A DNA stretch of 64,000 nucleotides from Escherichia coli (GTDB lineage Bacteria; Pseudomonadota; Gammaproteobacteria; Enterobacterales; Enterobacteriaceae). Position numbers and translations under genes: made by a program. Below, piece by piece: positions 33,605-44,311 of this stretch. The stretch lies in NCBI RefSeq assembly GCF_003790525.1, contig NZ_CP033635.1; one strand, written 5' to 3'. The notes below the pieces were generated by a model that was not told the origin of the DNA, searched no databases, and worked only from the letters and a program-made list of their open reading frames with translations. Position 1 is the first letter of the stretch. The number at the start of each line of letters is the position of its first letter.

Positions 33605-34687
33605 ATGGCTCAGCTTTCGTTACAACATATTCAAAAAATCTACGATAACCAGGTGCATGTGGTGAAGGACTTCAACCTGGAAATTGCCGATAAAGAGTTC
33701 ATTGTCTTTGTCGGTCCGTCAGGCTGCGGTAAATCGACTACGCTGCGCATGATTGCCGGGCTTGAGGAGATCAGCGGTGGCGATCTGTTGATCGACGGCA
33801 AACGAATGAATGACGTTCCAGCCAAAGCGCGCAATATCGCGATGGTGTTCCAGAACTACGCGCTGTATCCGCATATGACGGTCTACGACAACATGGCGTT
33901 TGGCCTGAAGATGCAAAAAATCGCCAAAGAGGTGATTGATGAGCGGGTTAACTGGGCGGCGCAAATCCTCGGCCTGCGTGAGTACCTGAAACGCAAGCCG
34001 GGCGCGCTTTCTGGCGGGCAACGCCAGCGTGTGGCGCTCGGACGGGCGATTGTGCGCGAAGCGGGCGTGTTTTTAATGGATGAACCGCTCTCTAACCTTG
34101 ATGCCAAGCTGCGCGTACAAATGCGCGCAGAGATCAGCAAGCTGCATCAGAAACTGAACACCACCATGATCTACGTGACCCACGATCAGACCGAAGCGAT
34201 GACCATGGCGACGCGGATTGTGATTATGAAGGATGGGATTGTTCAGCAGGTCGGTGCGCCGAAAACGGTTTATAACCAACCTGCGAATATGTTTGTTGCC
34301 GGATTTATTGGATCGCCTGCGATGAATTTTATTCGCGGCACGATCGATGGCGATAAATTCGTTACGGAAACGCTTAAATTAACCATACCCGAAGAGAAAT
34401 TAGCGGTTCTGAAAACACAGGAAAGTTTGCATAAGCCCATCGTGATGGGAATACGCCCGGAAGATATTCATCCGGACGCGCAAGAGGAAAATAACATTTC
34501 CGCCAAAATTAGCGTGGCAGAATTAACCGGTGCGGAATTTATGCTCTACACCACGGTTGGGGGGCACGAGTTAGTGGTCCGTGCTGGTGCGTTAAATGAT
34601 TATCATGCAGGAGAAAATATCACTATTCATTTTGATATGACTAAATGTCATTTCTTTGATGCAGAAACGGAAATAGCAATTCGCTAA
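33605..34687 (+). CDS. ycjV: ABC ATP-binding protein YcjV (MalK-like), intact
   Basis: 360-aa uninterrupted ORF, Walker A GPSGCGKST, signature LSGGQRQRV, MalK-type C-terminal domain. Confidence 0.85.
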   Translation: MAQLSLQHIQKIYDNQVHVVKDFNLEIADKEFIVFVGPSGCGKSTTLRMIAGLEEISGGDLLIDGKRMNDVPAKARNIAMVFQNYALYPHMTVYDNMAFGLKMQKIAKEVIDERVNWAAQILGLREYLKRKPGALSGGQRQRVALGRAIVREAGVFLMDEPLSNLDAKLRVQMRAEISKLHQKLNTTMIYVTHDQTEAMTMATRIVIMKDGIVQQVGAPKTVYNQPANMFVAGFIGSPAMNFIRGTIDGDKFVTETLKLTIPEEKLAVLKTQESLHKPIVMGIRPEDIHPDAQEENNISAKISVAELTGAEFMLYTTVGGHELVVRAGALNDYHAGENITIHFDMTKCHFFDAETEIAIR

Positions 34688-34731
34688 ATACAGGGGGAAG
34701 GCATTCCCCCAGGATAATACAAGGAACAATA

Positions 34732-35637
34732 ATGAAAAAGTTATTACCCTGTACCGCACTGGTGATGTGTGCGGGAATGGCTTGCGCACAGGCCGAGGAA
34801 AAGAACGACTGGCACTTTAATATCGGCGCGATGTACGAAATAGAAAACGTCGAAGGTTATGGCGAAGATATGGATGGGCTCGCGGAGCCTTCTGTCTATT
34901 TTAATGCCGCCAACGGGCCGTGGAGAATTTCTCTGGCCTATTATCAGGAAGGGCCGGTAGATTATAGCGCGGGTAAACGTGGAACGTGGTTTGATCGCCC
35001 GGAGCTGGAGGTACATTATCAGTTCCTCGAAAGCGATGATTTCAGTTTCGGTCTGACTGGTGGTTTCCGTAATTATGGTTATCACTACGTTGATGAACCG
35101 GGTAAAGACACGGCGAATATGCAGCGTTGGAAAATCGCGCCAGACTGGGATGTGAAACTGACTGACGATTTACGTTTCAACGGTTGGTTATCGATGTATA
35201 AATTTGCCAACGATCTGAACACGACCGGTTACGCTGATACCCGAGTCGAAACGGAAACAGGTCTGCAATATACCTTCAACGAAACGGTTGCTTTGCGAGT
35301 GAACTATTATCTCGAGCGCGGCTTCAATATGGACGACAGCCGCAATAACGGTGAGTTTTCCACGCAAGAAATTCGTGCCTATTTGCCGCTGACGCTCGGC
35401 AACCACTCGGTGACGCCGTATACGCGCATTGGGCTGGATCGCTGGAGTAACTGGGACTGGCTGGATGATATTGAACGTGAAGGCCATGATTTTAACCGTG
35501 TGGGGTTATTTTACGGTTATGATTTCCAGAATGGTCTTTCCGTTTCGCTGGAATACGCGTTTGAGTGGCAGGATCACGACGAAGGCGACAGCGATAAATT
35601 CCATTATGCAGGTGTCGGCGTAAATTACTCGTTCTGA
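34732..35637 (+). CDS. ompG: Outer-membrane porin OmpG
   Basis: 301-aa ORF with signal peptide, beta-barrel pattern, C-terminal aromatic (…NYSF). Confidence 0.9.
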   Translation: MKKLLPCTALVMCAGMACAQAEEKNDWHFNIGAMYEIENVEGYGEDMDGLAEPSVYFNAANGPWRISLAYYQEGPVDYSAGKRGTWFDRPELEVHYQFLESDDFSFGLTGGFRNYGYHYVDEPGKDTANMQRWKIAPDWDVKLTDDLRFNGWLSMYKFANDLNTTGYADTRVETETGLQYTFNETVALRVNYYLERGFNMDDSRNNGEFSTQEIRAYLPLTLGNHSVTPYTRIGLDRWSNWDWLDDIEREGHDFNRVGLFYGYDFQNGLSVSLEYAFEWQDHDEGDSDKFHYAGVGVNYSF

Positions 35638-35651
35638 TAATGGGTTAAATT

Positions 35652-35681
35652 GCCGGATGCGGCGCGAGCGCCAAATCCGGC
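35652..35681. repeat. REP-like palindrome / terminator after ompG
   Basis: GCCGGATGCGGCGCGAGCGCCAAATCCGGC between convergent ompG and ycjW. Confidence 0.6.
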
Positions 35682-35687
35682 ATACAT

Positions 35688-36686
35688 TTATTTCAACGAC
35701 ATATGCGTGGCAACGGTAATATTTTGTGGTGACGGTTTTCCGGCAATTAAGCGGAATAATAACTCGCAGCTTTGTTGCCCTAACTCCTGCGTCGGAACAT
35801 CGATGCCGCCCGGTGCAGGCGTTAAAATAAATGACAGCGTTTCATTGCTATAACCCACCACCGCTAACTGCTGCGGAATAGCAATATTTTTCTCTGCTGC
35901 CGCACGATAAATGCTCATTAATTTCAGGCTGTCAGTGGCAAATACGGCTTCTGGCAACGGCGACTGGCTTAATAATTGCCGTGCGGCTTGCAAGGCTGTT
36001 TCATGGGTATAACCGCCGTCAACAATCCATTCATCACGCACTGCAATATTATGCGTAGCCAGGCTTTGCTTATAACCATTTACCCGATCCACTGAAACAT
36101 GAACATCAAGCGGCGCATGCAGGCAGGCAATATTCTTATGCCCGCTTTCAATTAACGCATTGGTCAGCGCAATACTGTCGCCATAATTATCGGTATCGAC
36201 GGAATAAACATGGCTGTATTGACCTTCAACTTTGCCAATTACCACTACCGGAATATCATATTTATCGAGTTGGGCAAAAAATGACTCATCCGCTGGCGAA
36301 CTTAGCATAATAATGCCTTTAATCATTTTCTGCTTAATTTTGCTTTCGCATTTTTGTAAGTCTTCTGCCAGGTTGTGCGACGTCTGCAATATCACGTCGA
36401 AACCTTCTTCTTCAGCTTTGGCGGTGATGGCATGTAAAACTTCCGAGAAAAACGGATTACCCGCCGTAGTTTTGGTCGAACGGGTAGAAATCACCATAAT
36501 GGCATCAAAACCCGAAGAGGTCAGCGCGCGTGCCAGCTTGTTTGGTTGATACTGTAATTCTTCAATGGCCCGTAACACTTTTTCGCGCGCTTCCGGGGAG
36601 ATATTGGTTTGCTTATTCAGCACGCGTGATACGGTGGATTTTGATACGCCTGCAACCCTGGCAATATCATAAATAGTTGGGGACAT
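35688..36686 (-). CDS. ycjW: LacI-family transcriptional repressor YcjW
   Basis: 332-aa ORF with N-terminal LacI HTH ([21 protein letters not shown]). Confidence 0.9.
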   Translation of the reverse strand: MSPTIYDIARVAGVSKSTVSRVLNKQTNISPEAREKVLRAIEELQYQPNKLARALTSSGFDAIMVISTRSTKTTAGNPFFSEVLHAITAKAEEEGFDVILQTSHNLAEDLQKCESKIKQKMIKGIIMLSSPADESFFAQLDKYDIPVVVIGKVEGQYSHVYSVDTDNYGDSIALTNALIESGHKNIACLHAPLDVHVSVDRVNGYKQSLATHNIAVRDEWIVDGGYTHETALQAARQLLSQSPLPEAVFATDSLKLMSIYRAAAEKNIAIPQQLAVVGYSNETLSFILTPAPGGIDVPTQELGQQSCELLFRLIAGKPSPQNITVATHMSLK

Positions 36687-36765
36687 AGGTCAGGAACTCC
36701 GTCCGAACGTGAATGTTGCACATCTTATGGAGTTCGCCCGTCGATGACAACACGGGCAGTTGATA

Positions 36766-36792
36766 ATCAATGGCCTGGCCCCCACATTCATA
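36766..36792 (+). promoter_or_regulatory. Sigma32 (heat-shock) promoter of ycjX
   Basis: -35 TTGATAA, 12-nt spacer, -10 CCCCACAT; resembles CTTGAAA-N13/14-CCCCATNT, about 40 bp upstream of ycjX ATG. Confidence 0.6.
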
Positions 36793-36829
36793 TCCTTACT
36801 GATGGTTTTTTCTGGTCCACAGGACAGCA

Positions 36830-38227
36830 ATGAAGCGACTTAAAAATGAACTTAATGCGCTGGTGAATCGGGGTGTCGACAGACATCTGCGCCTCGCCGT
36901 AACCGGACTTAGCCGCAGCGGCAAAACGGCGTTTATCACTGCGATGGTCAATCAGTTGCTCAATATTCACGCCGGAGCAAGGTTGCCGCTGTTAAGCGCG
37001 GTGCGTGAAGAACGGCTGCTGGGCGTAAAACGCATTCCCCAGCGTGACTTTGGCATTCCGCGCTTCACCTATGATGAAGGGCTGGCGCAGTTATATGGCG
37101 ATCCACCCGCCTGGCCAACGCCAACGCGCGGCGTCAGCGAAATTCGCCTGGCGCTACGTTTTAAATCGAACGATTCGCTGCTACGCCACTTTAAGGATAC
37201 CTCCACGCTGTATCTGGAGATTGTGGATTATCCCGGCGAATGGTTGCTCGACCTGCCGATGCTGGCGCAGGACTATTTAAGCTGGTCGCGCCAGATGACG
37301 GGCTTACTTAATGGTCAGCGCGGCGAATGGTCGGCGAAATGGCGAATGATGTGCGAAGGGCTGGACCCGCTAGCGCCTGCCGACGAAAACCGGCTGGCAG
37401 ACATTGCCGCCGCCTGGACCGAGTATCTCCACCACTGCAAACAGCAGGGGTTGCACTTTATTCAGCCTGGGCGCTTTGTCTTGCCGGGAGATATGGCAGG
37501 AGCACCCGCGCTGCAATTCTTCCCGTGGCCGGATGTCGATGCCTGGGGCGAGTCCAAACTGGCGCAGGCCGATAAGCATACCAATGCCGGAATGCTGCGC
37601 GAGCGGTTTAATTATTACTGCGAGAAAGTGGTGAAGGGGTTCTATAAGAATCATTTTCTGCGCTTTGACCGCCAGATTGTGCTGGTGGATTGCCTGCAAC
37701 CTCTCAACAGTGGGCCACAGGCATTTAATGATATGCGTCTGGCGCTGACGCAGCTGATGCAAAGTTTCCACTACGGGCAGCGAACCCTGTTCCGGCGTTT
37801 GTTTTCACCGGTTATCGATAAGCTATTGTTTGCTGCCACTAAAGCAGACCATGTGACCATCGATCAGCACGCCAATATGGTTTCATTACTGCAACAACTG
37901 ATTCAGGATGCCTGGCAAAATGCGGCGTTCGAAGGGATCAGCATGGACTGCCTGGGGCTGGCGTCAGTTCAGGCGACCACCAGCGGCATTATTGATGTTA
38001 ACGGTGAGAAAATCCCGGCGCTGCGCGGTAATCGACTCAGCGATGGCGCACCGCTCACTGTTTATCCTGGCGAAGTTCCCGCTCGTTTGCCCGGTCAGGC
38101 GTTCTGGGATAAGCAAGGCTTCCAGTTTGAGGCGTTTCGTCCGCAGGTGATGGATGTTGACAAACCGCTGCCGCATATTCGCCTTGATGCTGCGCTGGAA
38201 TTTTTAATAGGAGATAAATTGCGATGA
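36830..38227 (+). CDS. ycjX: Uncharacterised P-loop NTPase YcjX
   Basis: 465-aa ORF with Walker A (GLSRSGKT); recognised as YcjX. Confidence 0.85.
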   Translation: MKRLKNELNALVNRGVDRHLRLAVTGLSRSGKTAFITAMVNQLLNIHAGARLPLLSAVREERLLGVKRIPQRDFGIPRFTYDEGLAQLYGDPPAWPTPTRGVSEIRLALRFKSNDSLLRHFKDTSTLYLEIVDYPGEWLLDLPMLAQDYLSWSRQMTGLLNGQRGEWSAKWRMMCEGLDPLAPADENRLADIAAAWTEYLHHCKQQGLHFIQPGRFVLPGDMAGAPALQFFPWPDVDAWGESKLAQADKHTNAGMLRERFNYYCEKVVKGFYKNHFLRFDRQIVLVDCLQPLNSGPQAFNDMRLALTQLMQSFHYGQRTLFRRLFSPVIDKLLFAATKADHVTIDQHANMVSLLQQLIQDAWQNAAFEGISMDCLGLASVQATTSGIIDVNGEKIPALRGNRLSDGAPLTVYPGEVPARLPGQAFWDKQGFQFEAFRPQVMDVDKPLPHIRLDAALEFLIGDKLR

Positions 38228-39285
38228 CCGAACCGTTAAAACCACGTATTGATTTCGACGGTCCGCTGGATGTCGATCAGAATCCTGAATTCAGGGCGCA
38301 GCAGACCTTTGACGAAAATCAGGCACAAAATTTTGCCCCGGCCACACTCGACGAAGCGCCTGAAGAAGAGGGGCAAGTTGAAGCGGTAATGGATGCAGCG
38401 TTACGTCCTAAACGCAGCCTGTGGCGCAAAATGGTGATGGGCGGGCTGGCTCTGTTTGGCGCAAGCGTTGTCGGGCAGGGTGTACAGTGGACAATGAATG
38501 CCTGGCAAACCCAGGACTGGGTAGCGCTGGGTGGATGTGCTGCAGGGGCATTGATTATCGGCGCTGGCGTAGGTTCTGTGGTAACAGAGTGGCGGCGCTT
38601 ATGGCGCTTGCGACAGCGCGCCCATGAACGCGACGAAGCGCGTGATTTATTGCACAGCCACGGCACCGGCAAAGGCCGCGCATTTTGCGAAAAACTGGCA
38701 CAGCAGGCGGGCATCGATCAGTCACATCCGGCGCTGCAACGCTGGTATGCCTCAATCCATGAAACGCAAAACGACCGTGAAGTGGTCAGTTTGTATGCGC
38801 ATTTGGTCCAGCCAGTTTTAGATGCCCAGGCGCGGCGTGAAATCAGCCGTTCGGCAGCGGAATCAACATTGATGATTGCGGTCAGCCCGCTGGCGCTGGT
38901 GGATATGGCATTTATCGCCTGGCGCAATCTGCGTTTGATTAATCGCATCGCCACGCTGTATGGCATTGAACTGGGGTATTACAGCCGTTTGCGCCTGTTT
39001 AAGCTGGTATTGCTGAATATCGCTTTCGCCGGAGCCAGCGAACTGGTGCGCGAAGTGGGGATGGACTGGATGTCGCAAGATCTCGCTGCTCGTTTGTCTA
39101 CCCGCGCAGCTCAGGGGATTGGTGCAGGACTTCTGACGGCACGACTGGGGATTAAAGCTATGGAGCTTTGCCGCCCGCTGCCGTGGCTTGACGATGACAA
39201 GCCACGCCTCGGGGATTTCCGTCGTCAGCTTATCGGTCAGGTGAAAGAAACTCTGCAAAAAGGCAAAACGCCCAGCGAAAAATAA
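38224..39285 (+). CDS. ycjF: Uncharacterised inner-membrane protein YcjF (UPF0283)
   Basis: 353-aa ORF overlapping ycjX stop by 4 nt; central TM segments. Confidence 0.85.
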   Translation: MTEPLKPRIDFDGPLDVDQNPEFRAQQTFDENQAQNFAPATLDEAPEEEGQVEAVMDAALRPKRSLWRKMVMGGLALFGASVVGQGVQWTMNAWQTQDWVALGGCAAGALIIGAGVGSVVTEWRRLWRLRQRAHERDEARDLLHSHGTGKGRAFCEKLAQQAGIDQSHPALQRWYASIHETQNDREVVSLYAHLVQPVLDAQARREISRSAAESTLMIAVSPLALVDMAFIAWRNLRLINRIATLYGIELGYYSRLRLFKLVLLNIAFAGASELVREVGMDWMSQDLAARLSTRAAQGIGAGLLTARLGIKAMELCRPLPWLDDDKPRLGDFRRQLIGQVKETLQKGKTPSEK

Positions 39286-39344
39286 TGCAATATCGGGTGC
39301 TGACCGGATATCTTTACGCCGAAGTGCCCGTTTTTCCGTCTTTG

Positions 39345-39362
39345 TGTCAATGATTGTTGACA
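39345..39362 (+). promoter_or_regulatory. TyrR box in tyrR promoter
   Basis: TGTCAA-N6-TTGACA palindrome, close to the TGTAAA-N6-TTTACA consensus, about 70 bp upstream of tyrR ATG. Confidence 0.7.
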
Positions 39363-39432
39363 GAAACCTTCCTGCTATTCAAATAGTGTCATATCATCAT
39401 ATTAATTGTTCTTTTTTCAGGTGAAGGTTCCC

Positions 39433-40974
39433 ATGCGTCTGGAAGTCTTTTGTGAAGACCGACTCGGTCTGACCCGCGAATTACTCGATCTACTCGTGCT
39501 AAGAGGCATTGATTTACGCGGTATTGAGATTGATCCCATTGGGCGAATCTACCTCAATTTTGCTGAACTGGAGTTTGAGAGTTTCAGCAGTCTGATGGCC
39601 GAAATACGCCGTATTGCAGGTGTTACCGATGTGCGTACTGTCCCGTGGATGCCTTCCGAACGTGAGCATCTGGCGTTGAGCGCGTTACTGGAGGCGTTGC
39701 CTGAACCTGTGCTCTCTGTCGATATGAAAAGCAAAGTGGATATGGCGAACCCGGCGAGCTGTCAGCTTTTTGGGCAAAAATTGGATCGCCTGCGCAACCA
39801 TACCGCCGCGCAATTGATTAACGGCTTTAATTTTTTACGCTGGCTGGAAAGCGAACCGCAAGATTCGCATAACGAGCATGTCGTTATTAATGGGCAGAAT
39901 TTCCTGATGGAGATTACGCCTGTTTATCTTCAGGATGAAAATGATCAACACGTCCTGACCGGTGCGGTGGTGATGTTGCGATCAACGATTCGTATGGGCC
40001 GTCAGTTGCAAAATGTCGCTGCCCAGGACGTCAGCGCCTTCAGTCAAATTGTCGCTGTCAGCCCGAAAATGAAGCATGTTGTCGAACAGGCGCAGAAACT
40101 GGCGATGCTAAGCGCGCCACTGCTGATTACGGGTGATACCGGCACCGGAAAAGATCTCTTTGCCTACGCCTGTCATCAGGCAAGCCCCAGAGCGAGCAAA
40201 CCTTACCTGGCGCTGAACTGTGCGTCTATACCGGAAGATGCGGTCGAGAGTGAACTGTTTGGTCATGCTCCGGAAGGGAAGAAAGGGTTCTTTGAGCAGG
40301 CGAACGGTGGTTCGGTGCTGTTGGATGAAATAGGGGAAATGTCACCACGGATGCAGGCGAAATTACTGCGTTTCCTTAATGATGGCACCTTCCGTCGGGT
40401 TGGCGAAGACCATGAGGTGCATGTCGATGTGCGGGTGATTTGTGCTACGCAGAAGAATCTGGTCGAACTGGTGCAAAAAGGCGTGTTCCGTGAAGATCTC
40501 TATTATCGTCTGAACGTGTTGACGCTCAATCTGCCGCCGCTACGTGACTGTCCGCAGGACATCATGCCGTTAACCGAGCTGTTCGTCGCCCGCTTTGCCG
40601 ACGAGCAGGGCGTGCCGCGTCCGAAACTGGCCGCTGATCTGAATACTGTACTTACGCGTTATGCGTGGCCGGGAAATGTGCGGCAGTTAAAGAACGCTAT
40701 CTATCGTGCACTGACACAACTGGACGGTTATGAGCTGCGTCCACAGGATATTTTGTTGCCGGATTATGACGCCGCAACGGTAGCCGTGGGCGAAGATGCG
40801 ATGGAAGGTTCGCTGGACGAAATCACCAGCCGTTTTGAACGCTCGGTATTAACCCAGCTTTATCGCAATTATCCCAGCACGCGCAAACTGGCAAAACGTC
40901 TCGGCGTTTCACATACCGCGATTGCCAATAAGTTGCGGGAATATGGTCTGAGTCAGAAGAAGAACGAAGAGTAA
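39433..40974 (+). CDS. tyrR: Aromatic amino-acid regulator TyrR
   Basis: Start set at MRLEVFCEDR (513 aa); ACT/PAS N-terminus, AAA+ central domain (GDTGTGKD), C-terminal HTH. Confidence 0.93.
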   Translation: MRLEVFCEDRLGLTRELLDLLVLRGIDLRGIEIDPIGRIYLNFAELEFESFSSLMAEIRRIAGVTDVRTVPWMPSEREHLALSALLEALPEPVLSVDMKSKVDMANPASCQLFGQKLDRLRNHTAAQLINGFNFLRWLESEPQDSHNEHVVINGQNFLMEITPVYLQDENDQHVLTGAVVMLRSTIRMGRQLQNVAAQDVSAFSQIVAVSPKMKHVVEQAQKLAMLSAPLLITGDTGTGKDLFAYACHQASPRASKPYLALNCASIPEDAVESELFGHAPEGKKGFFEQANGGSVLLDEIGEMSPRMQAKLLRFLNDGTFRRVGEDHEVHVDVRVICATQKNLVELVQKGVFREDLYYRLNVLTLNLPPLRDCPQDIMPLTELFVARFADEQGVPRPKLAADLNTVLTRYAWPGNVRQLKNAIYRALTQLDGYELRPQDILLPDYDAATVAVGEDAMEGSLDEITSRFERSVLTQLYRNYPSTRKLAKRLGVSHTAIANKLREYGLSQKKNEE

Positions 40975-40979
40975 GCGTG

Positions 40980-41014
40980 AATATGCCTGATGGTGCAACA
41001 CCATCAGGCATATT
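40980..41014. terminator. Hairpin between convergent tyrR and tpx
   Basis: Perfect 16-bp inverted repeat AATATGCCTGATGGTG-caa-CACCATCAGGCATATT. Confidence 0.6.
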
Positions 41015-41017
41015 AAC

Positions 41018-41524
41018 TTATGCTTTCAGTACAGCCAGAGCTGCTTCGTAATCCGGCTCGGTGGTGATTTCATCCACCAGCTGGCTGAAAATCACATTGT
41101 CATTTTCATCAATAACCACAACGGCACGCGCTGCCAGACCTTTCAGTGGGCCATCAGCAATTGCCACACCGTAGGCTTGCAGGAATTCAGCGTTACGGAA
41201 AGTGGAGAGGGTGATAACGTTGTTCAGACCTTCTGCGCCGCAGAAACGAGACTGGGCGAACGGCAGATCGGCAGAGATACACAGCACAACGGTGTTGTCG
41301 ATCTCGGTTGCCAGTTGGTTAAACTTACGTACTGATGCGGCGCAAACACCGGTATCAATACTCGGGAAAATGTTCAGCACTTTGCGTTTACCCGCAAACT
41401 GACCGAGGGTGACGTCAGACAGATCTTTTGCCACGAGAGTAAAAGTCTGCGCTTTGCTACCCGCCTGCGGGATGGAATTGGCGACTGTAACCGGGTTGCC
41501 CTGGAAATGAACGGTTTGTGACAT
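41018..41524 (-). CDS. tpx: Thiol peroxidase Tpx
   Basis: 168-aa atypical 2-Cys peroxiredoxin ORF. Confidence 0.93.
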   Translation of the reverse strand: MSQTVHFQGNPVTVANSIPQAGSKAQTFTLVAKDLSDVTLGQFAGKRKVLNIFPSIDTGVCAASVRKFNQLATEIDNTVVLCISADLPFAQSRFCGAEGLNNVITLSTFRNAEFLQAYGVAIADGPLKGLAARAVVVIDENDNVIFSQLVDEITTEPDYEAALAVLKA

Positions 41525-41642
41525 GATTATCTTTCCTGTTTACATATAGTTAACGTCACACCTAGTTTATGCTAACTGTCAATAACACAGCAAACGCTAT
41601 TTGCGCTTAATCCGCAGACCACCGCGACAACAAGGAGTAAAG

Positions 41643-42608
41643 ATGAGAACCGTTAAGGTATTTGAGGAGGCCTGGCCCTTACATACCCCGTTTGTGATTG
41701 CTCGGGGAAGTCGCAGTGAAGCGCGCGTGGTGGTGGTTGAACTGGAAGAAGAAGGTATTAAAGGCACCGGTGAATGCACGCCGTATCCGCGTTATGGAGA
41801 AAGTGATGCCTCGGTAATGGCGCAAATTATGAGCGTCGTGCCGCAATTAGAGAAAGGGCTGACACGGGAGGAGTTGCAAAAAATCCTCCCTGCCGGCGCA
41901 GCACGTAATGCGCTGGATTGTGCATTGTGGGATCTGGCGGCGCGAAAACAGCAGCAATCGCTGGCTGCTTTGATCGGCATAACGCTTCCCGAGACAGTCA
42001 CCACGGCACAGACGATAGTCATCGGTACGCCTGATCAGATGGCCAATAGTGCATCAACACTCTGGCAGGCAGGCGCGAAATTACTGAAAGTGAAGCTGGA
42101 TAACCATCTTATCAGTGAGCGGATGGTGGCAATTCGCACCGCTGTGCCCGATGCGACGCTGATCGTTGATGCAAATGAATCCTGGCGTGCAGAAGGGTTG
42201 GCGGCGCGTTGCCAGCTATTGGCAGATTTAGGCGTTGCGATGCTTGAACAACCGCTTTCTGCGCAGGACGATGCGGCGCTGGAGAATTTTATTCATCCGT
42301 TACCGATTTGTGCTGATGAAAGTTGTCATACTCGTAGCAATCTGAAGGCGCTGAAAGGGCGCTATGAGATGGTTAACATTAAGCTTGATAAAACCGGTGG
42401 TCTGACGGAAGCGCTGGCGCTGGCGACTGAAGCGCGTGCACAAGGTTTTCGTCTGATGCTGGGCTGCATGTTGTGTACCTCTCGTGCCATTAGCGCCGCT
42501 TTACCGCTGGTGCCGCAGGTCAGTTTCGCCGATCTTGACGGACCGACCTGGCTGGCGGTAGATGTGGAACCGGCGCTTCAGTTCACGACGGGCGAATTGC
42601 ATCTTTAG
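41643..42608 (+). CDS. ycjG: L-Ala-D/L-Glu epimerase YcjG (enolase superfamily)
   Basis: Start set at MRTVKVFEE (321 aa). Confidence 0.88.
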   Translation: MRTVKVFEEAWPLHTPFVIARGSRSEARVVVVELEEEGIKGTGECTPYPRYGESDASVMAQIMSVVPQLEKGLTREELQKILPAGAARNALDCALWDLAARKQQQSLAALIGITLPETVTTAQTIVIGTPDQMANSASTLWQAGAKLLKVKLDNHLISERMVAIRTAVPDATLIVDANESWRAEGLAARCQLLADLGVAMLEQPLSAQDDAALENFIHPLPICADESCHTRSNLKALKGRYEMVNIKLDKTGGLTEALALATEARAQGFRLMLGCMLCTSRAISAALPLVPQVSFADLDGPTWLAVDVEPALQFTTGELHL

Positions 42609-43311
42609 GATGCCAGCGCAGCAAGTTTGCCATCGCAAAGAGATATTTTTCGCTGGCTTCGTCGGAGGAGATGGGTGGAAACTCTGCGGTGATGCAATGC
42701 AAGTTGAGATCTGCACACCAACTGCCGAAAGAGCCAGGTGTTTCATAACCGACGCTGGTTACCAGAGGCAATTCAAACGCCTGGGCCAGCCATTCACCTA
42801 ATTCGCTGTGTCTGGGATCTTCAATACAGGCCAGCGGATCGTGGAATGAGACCACCCAGGCAGGTTGAATGCGGTGTATAAGTTGGCACAGCGCCTGGGT
42901 TTCAGGTTCGGAGCCAGGTTTGCCACCTGTCAGTAAAACGACATCACGTTCTTCAGCGGCGCTGTTCCAGCGATAAACTGTTTCACCTTCCTTCCAGTTC
43001 GCTGCCGGAAAGTTTCGGTTTAAATCCACACCATTAGCATTGGCCCGTAACCCTAACTGGCAGCCGTCAGGATTCACACACAGCACCACATGATGGCGGC
43101 GCAAAGACGGTGTCAAAGTCCGCAGAGCACAGGAGAGCGTGACGATCGAAGAGTTTTCATCACCGTGAGTGCCAGCCAGAATCAAACCACTTTCGTGACT
43201 GGCTGCAGGGGCCGGAAACCAGATTAACGGCGCGCCCAATAATGAACGTCCGTAATGTTCTGTACCGGGCGGAAATGCGCCGCGTTCGGCGCGTGGGCGA
43301 GTTACGGTCAT
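42583..43311 (-). CDS. mpaA: Murein tripeptide amidase MpaA (M14 zinc carboxypeptidase-like)
   Basis: Start set at MTVTRPRAERG (242 aa); 3' end overlaps convergent ycjG by 26 nt. Confidence 0.85.
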   Translation of the reverse strand: MTVTRPRAERGAFPPGTEHYGRSLLGAPLIWFPAPAASHESGLILAGTHGDENSSIVTLSCALRTLTPSLRRHHVVLCVNPDGCQLGLRANANGVDLNRNFPAANWKEGETVYRWNSAAEERDVVLLTGGKPGSEPETQALCQLIHRIQPAWVVSFHDPLACIEDPRHSELGEWLAQAFELPLVTSVGYETPGSFGSWCADLNLHCITAEFPPISSDEASEKYLFAMANLLRWHPKDAIRPS

Positions 43312-43406
43312 GATCGTCTCTGGTTCAGGAAGTATTACAGGCAGTGTTGTGCAAATTTTGCGGATTATCAAATCCTTTTCTTCAACGCTATGTTATCGAT
43401 CTTGTA

Positions 43407-43431
43407 TCACTTTTTTGATGGAAGTTGTTTG
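43407..43431. promoter_or_regulatory. 25-bp motif, copy 1, upstream of mpaA
   Basis: TCACTTTTTTGATGGAAGTTGTTTG, identical to 46518-46542. Confidence 0.5.
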
Positions 43432-43557
43432 TATTTTCATTGATGTGCAGATATTAGAATTGTCGTAATGTTATATACATGGCGTATTTTATTCTTACTG
43501 GTTCTACACATGTTAATCGCATCTGATTGATCAGTTCACCTTAATAAGTTTAATAAA

Positions 43558-43582
43558 TCGTACTGCACATAGTACAGTACGA
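43558..43582 (-). terminator. Hairpin 3' of ymjC-like gene (probable operon terminator)
   Basis: 8-bp arms TCGTACTG/CAGTACGA with 9-nt loop, about 20 bp after the stop, followed on the minus strand by an A/U-rich tract. Confidence 0.4.
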
Positions 43583-43601
43583 TGGTAGCTATATAATTGA
43601 T

Positions 43602-44240
43602 TTACATGAAGAAGGGCTTATCACCATCAGTCCCGGGTTGATTGATGCCTATATTCTCACCAATGTGTTTCTCAGGTTTATCGATGATATCTGTGATTAA
43701 TGCTGCGACACTCTTACGTGATACGATCGTACCTTTGAATGGTTCATTGCGTGAGGTAAGCTCATAATCAATAATATCTTCATCAGTCAGCCAGGCAGGG
43801 CGAAGAATTGTATATTCCAGTCCAGAAGCCTCAATTGCATCCGCAGCCCTGCGGAATGGTTTTAGGGGTTCACCAATAACTGCATTATTCCATTCGCCAA
43901 ATTTTCCTGGAACTTCATCATAAATACCGAGGGAAAGAACAAAGATCAGACGTTTAACATCACAGGCTTTCATCGCAGCGATCACTGAATTTGCCTGAAT
44001 ATCTAAATCTTCCCCCGTAAGGTTGGCATACACAACATCCTGTCCCTGCATGGCCTGCTTCAGTGCTGCATGATTCAGTACATCCCCCATAATAATCTTG
44101 CTATTAGTTGGATAGGGTTTGTGGATTTTTGCTGGCTGACGGGCAAATAAAGTTTGTTTAATGGTTTGTTTATCTGCCAGTTGATTAATCACATGGCGGG
44201 CTATCTGACCGCCAGCACCAAGAATCAGTATATTTTTCAT
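43602..44240 (-). CDS. NAD(P)-binding NmrA/SDR-like protein (ymjC-like), intact
   Basis: 212-aa ORF with Rossmann motif ILGAGGQIA. Confidence 0.75.
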   Translation of the reverse strand: MKNILILGAGGQIARHVINQLADKQTIKQTLFARQPAKIHKPYPTNSKIIMGDVLNHAALKQAMQGQDVVYANLTGEDLDIQANSVIAAMKACDVKRLIFVLSLGIYDEVPGKFGEWNNAVIGEPLKPFRRAADAIEASGLEYTILRPAWLTDEDIIDYELTSRNEPFKGTIVSRKSVAALITDIIDKPEKHIGENIGINQPGTDGDKPFFM

Positions 44241-44311
44241 GAAACTTTTCCCAGATTATTGGCAGCAATATGCCAGGCCATATCACTATTACGGATTTGA
44301 ATATGTTTCAT
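44237..44311 (-). CDS. Candidate 24-codon bridging ORF between ycjY and ymjC-like gene
   Basis: ATG overlaps ycjY stop (TAATG); its TGA overlaps the ymjC-like ATG (ATGA); peptide MKHIQIRNSDMAWHIAANNLGKVS. Sequence-only inference. Confidence 0.3.
   Translation of the reverse strand: MKHIQIRNSDMAWHIAANNLGKVS

Noticed and set aside
34592-34789. 65-aa minus-strand ORF spanning the ycjV-ompG junction
   Set aside because: Overlaps the 3' end of ycjV and the 5' end of ompG on the opposite strand; no RBS.
43558-43582. LexA (SOS) box-like palindrome TACTG-N9-CAGTA
   Set aside because: Spacer is one nucleotide shorter than the canonical CTGT-N8-ACAG geometry and the inner positions are not TA-rich; position just 3' of the ymjC-like stop fits a terminator better.
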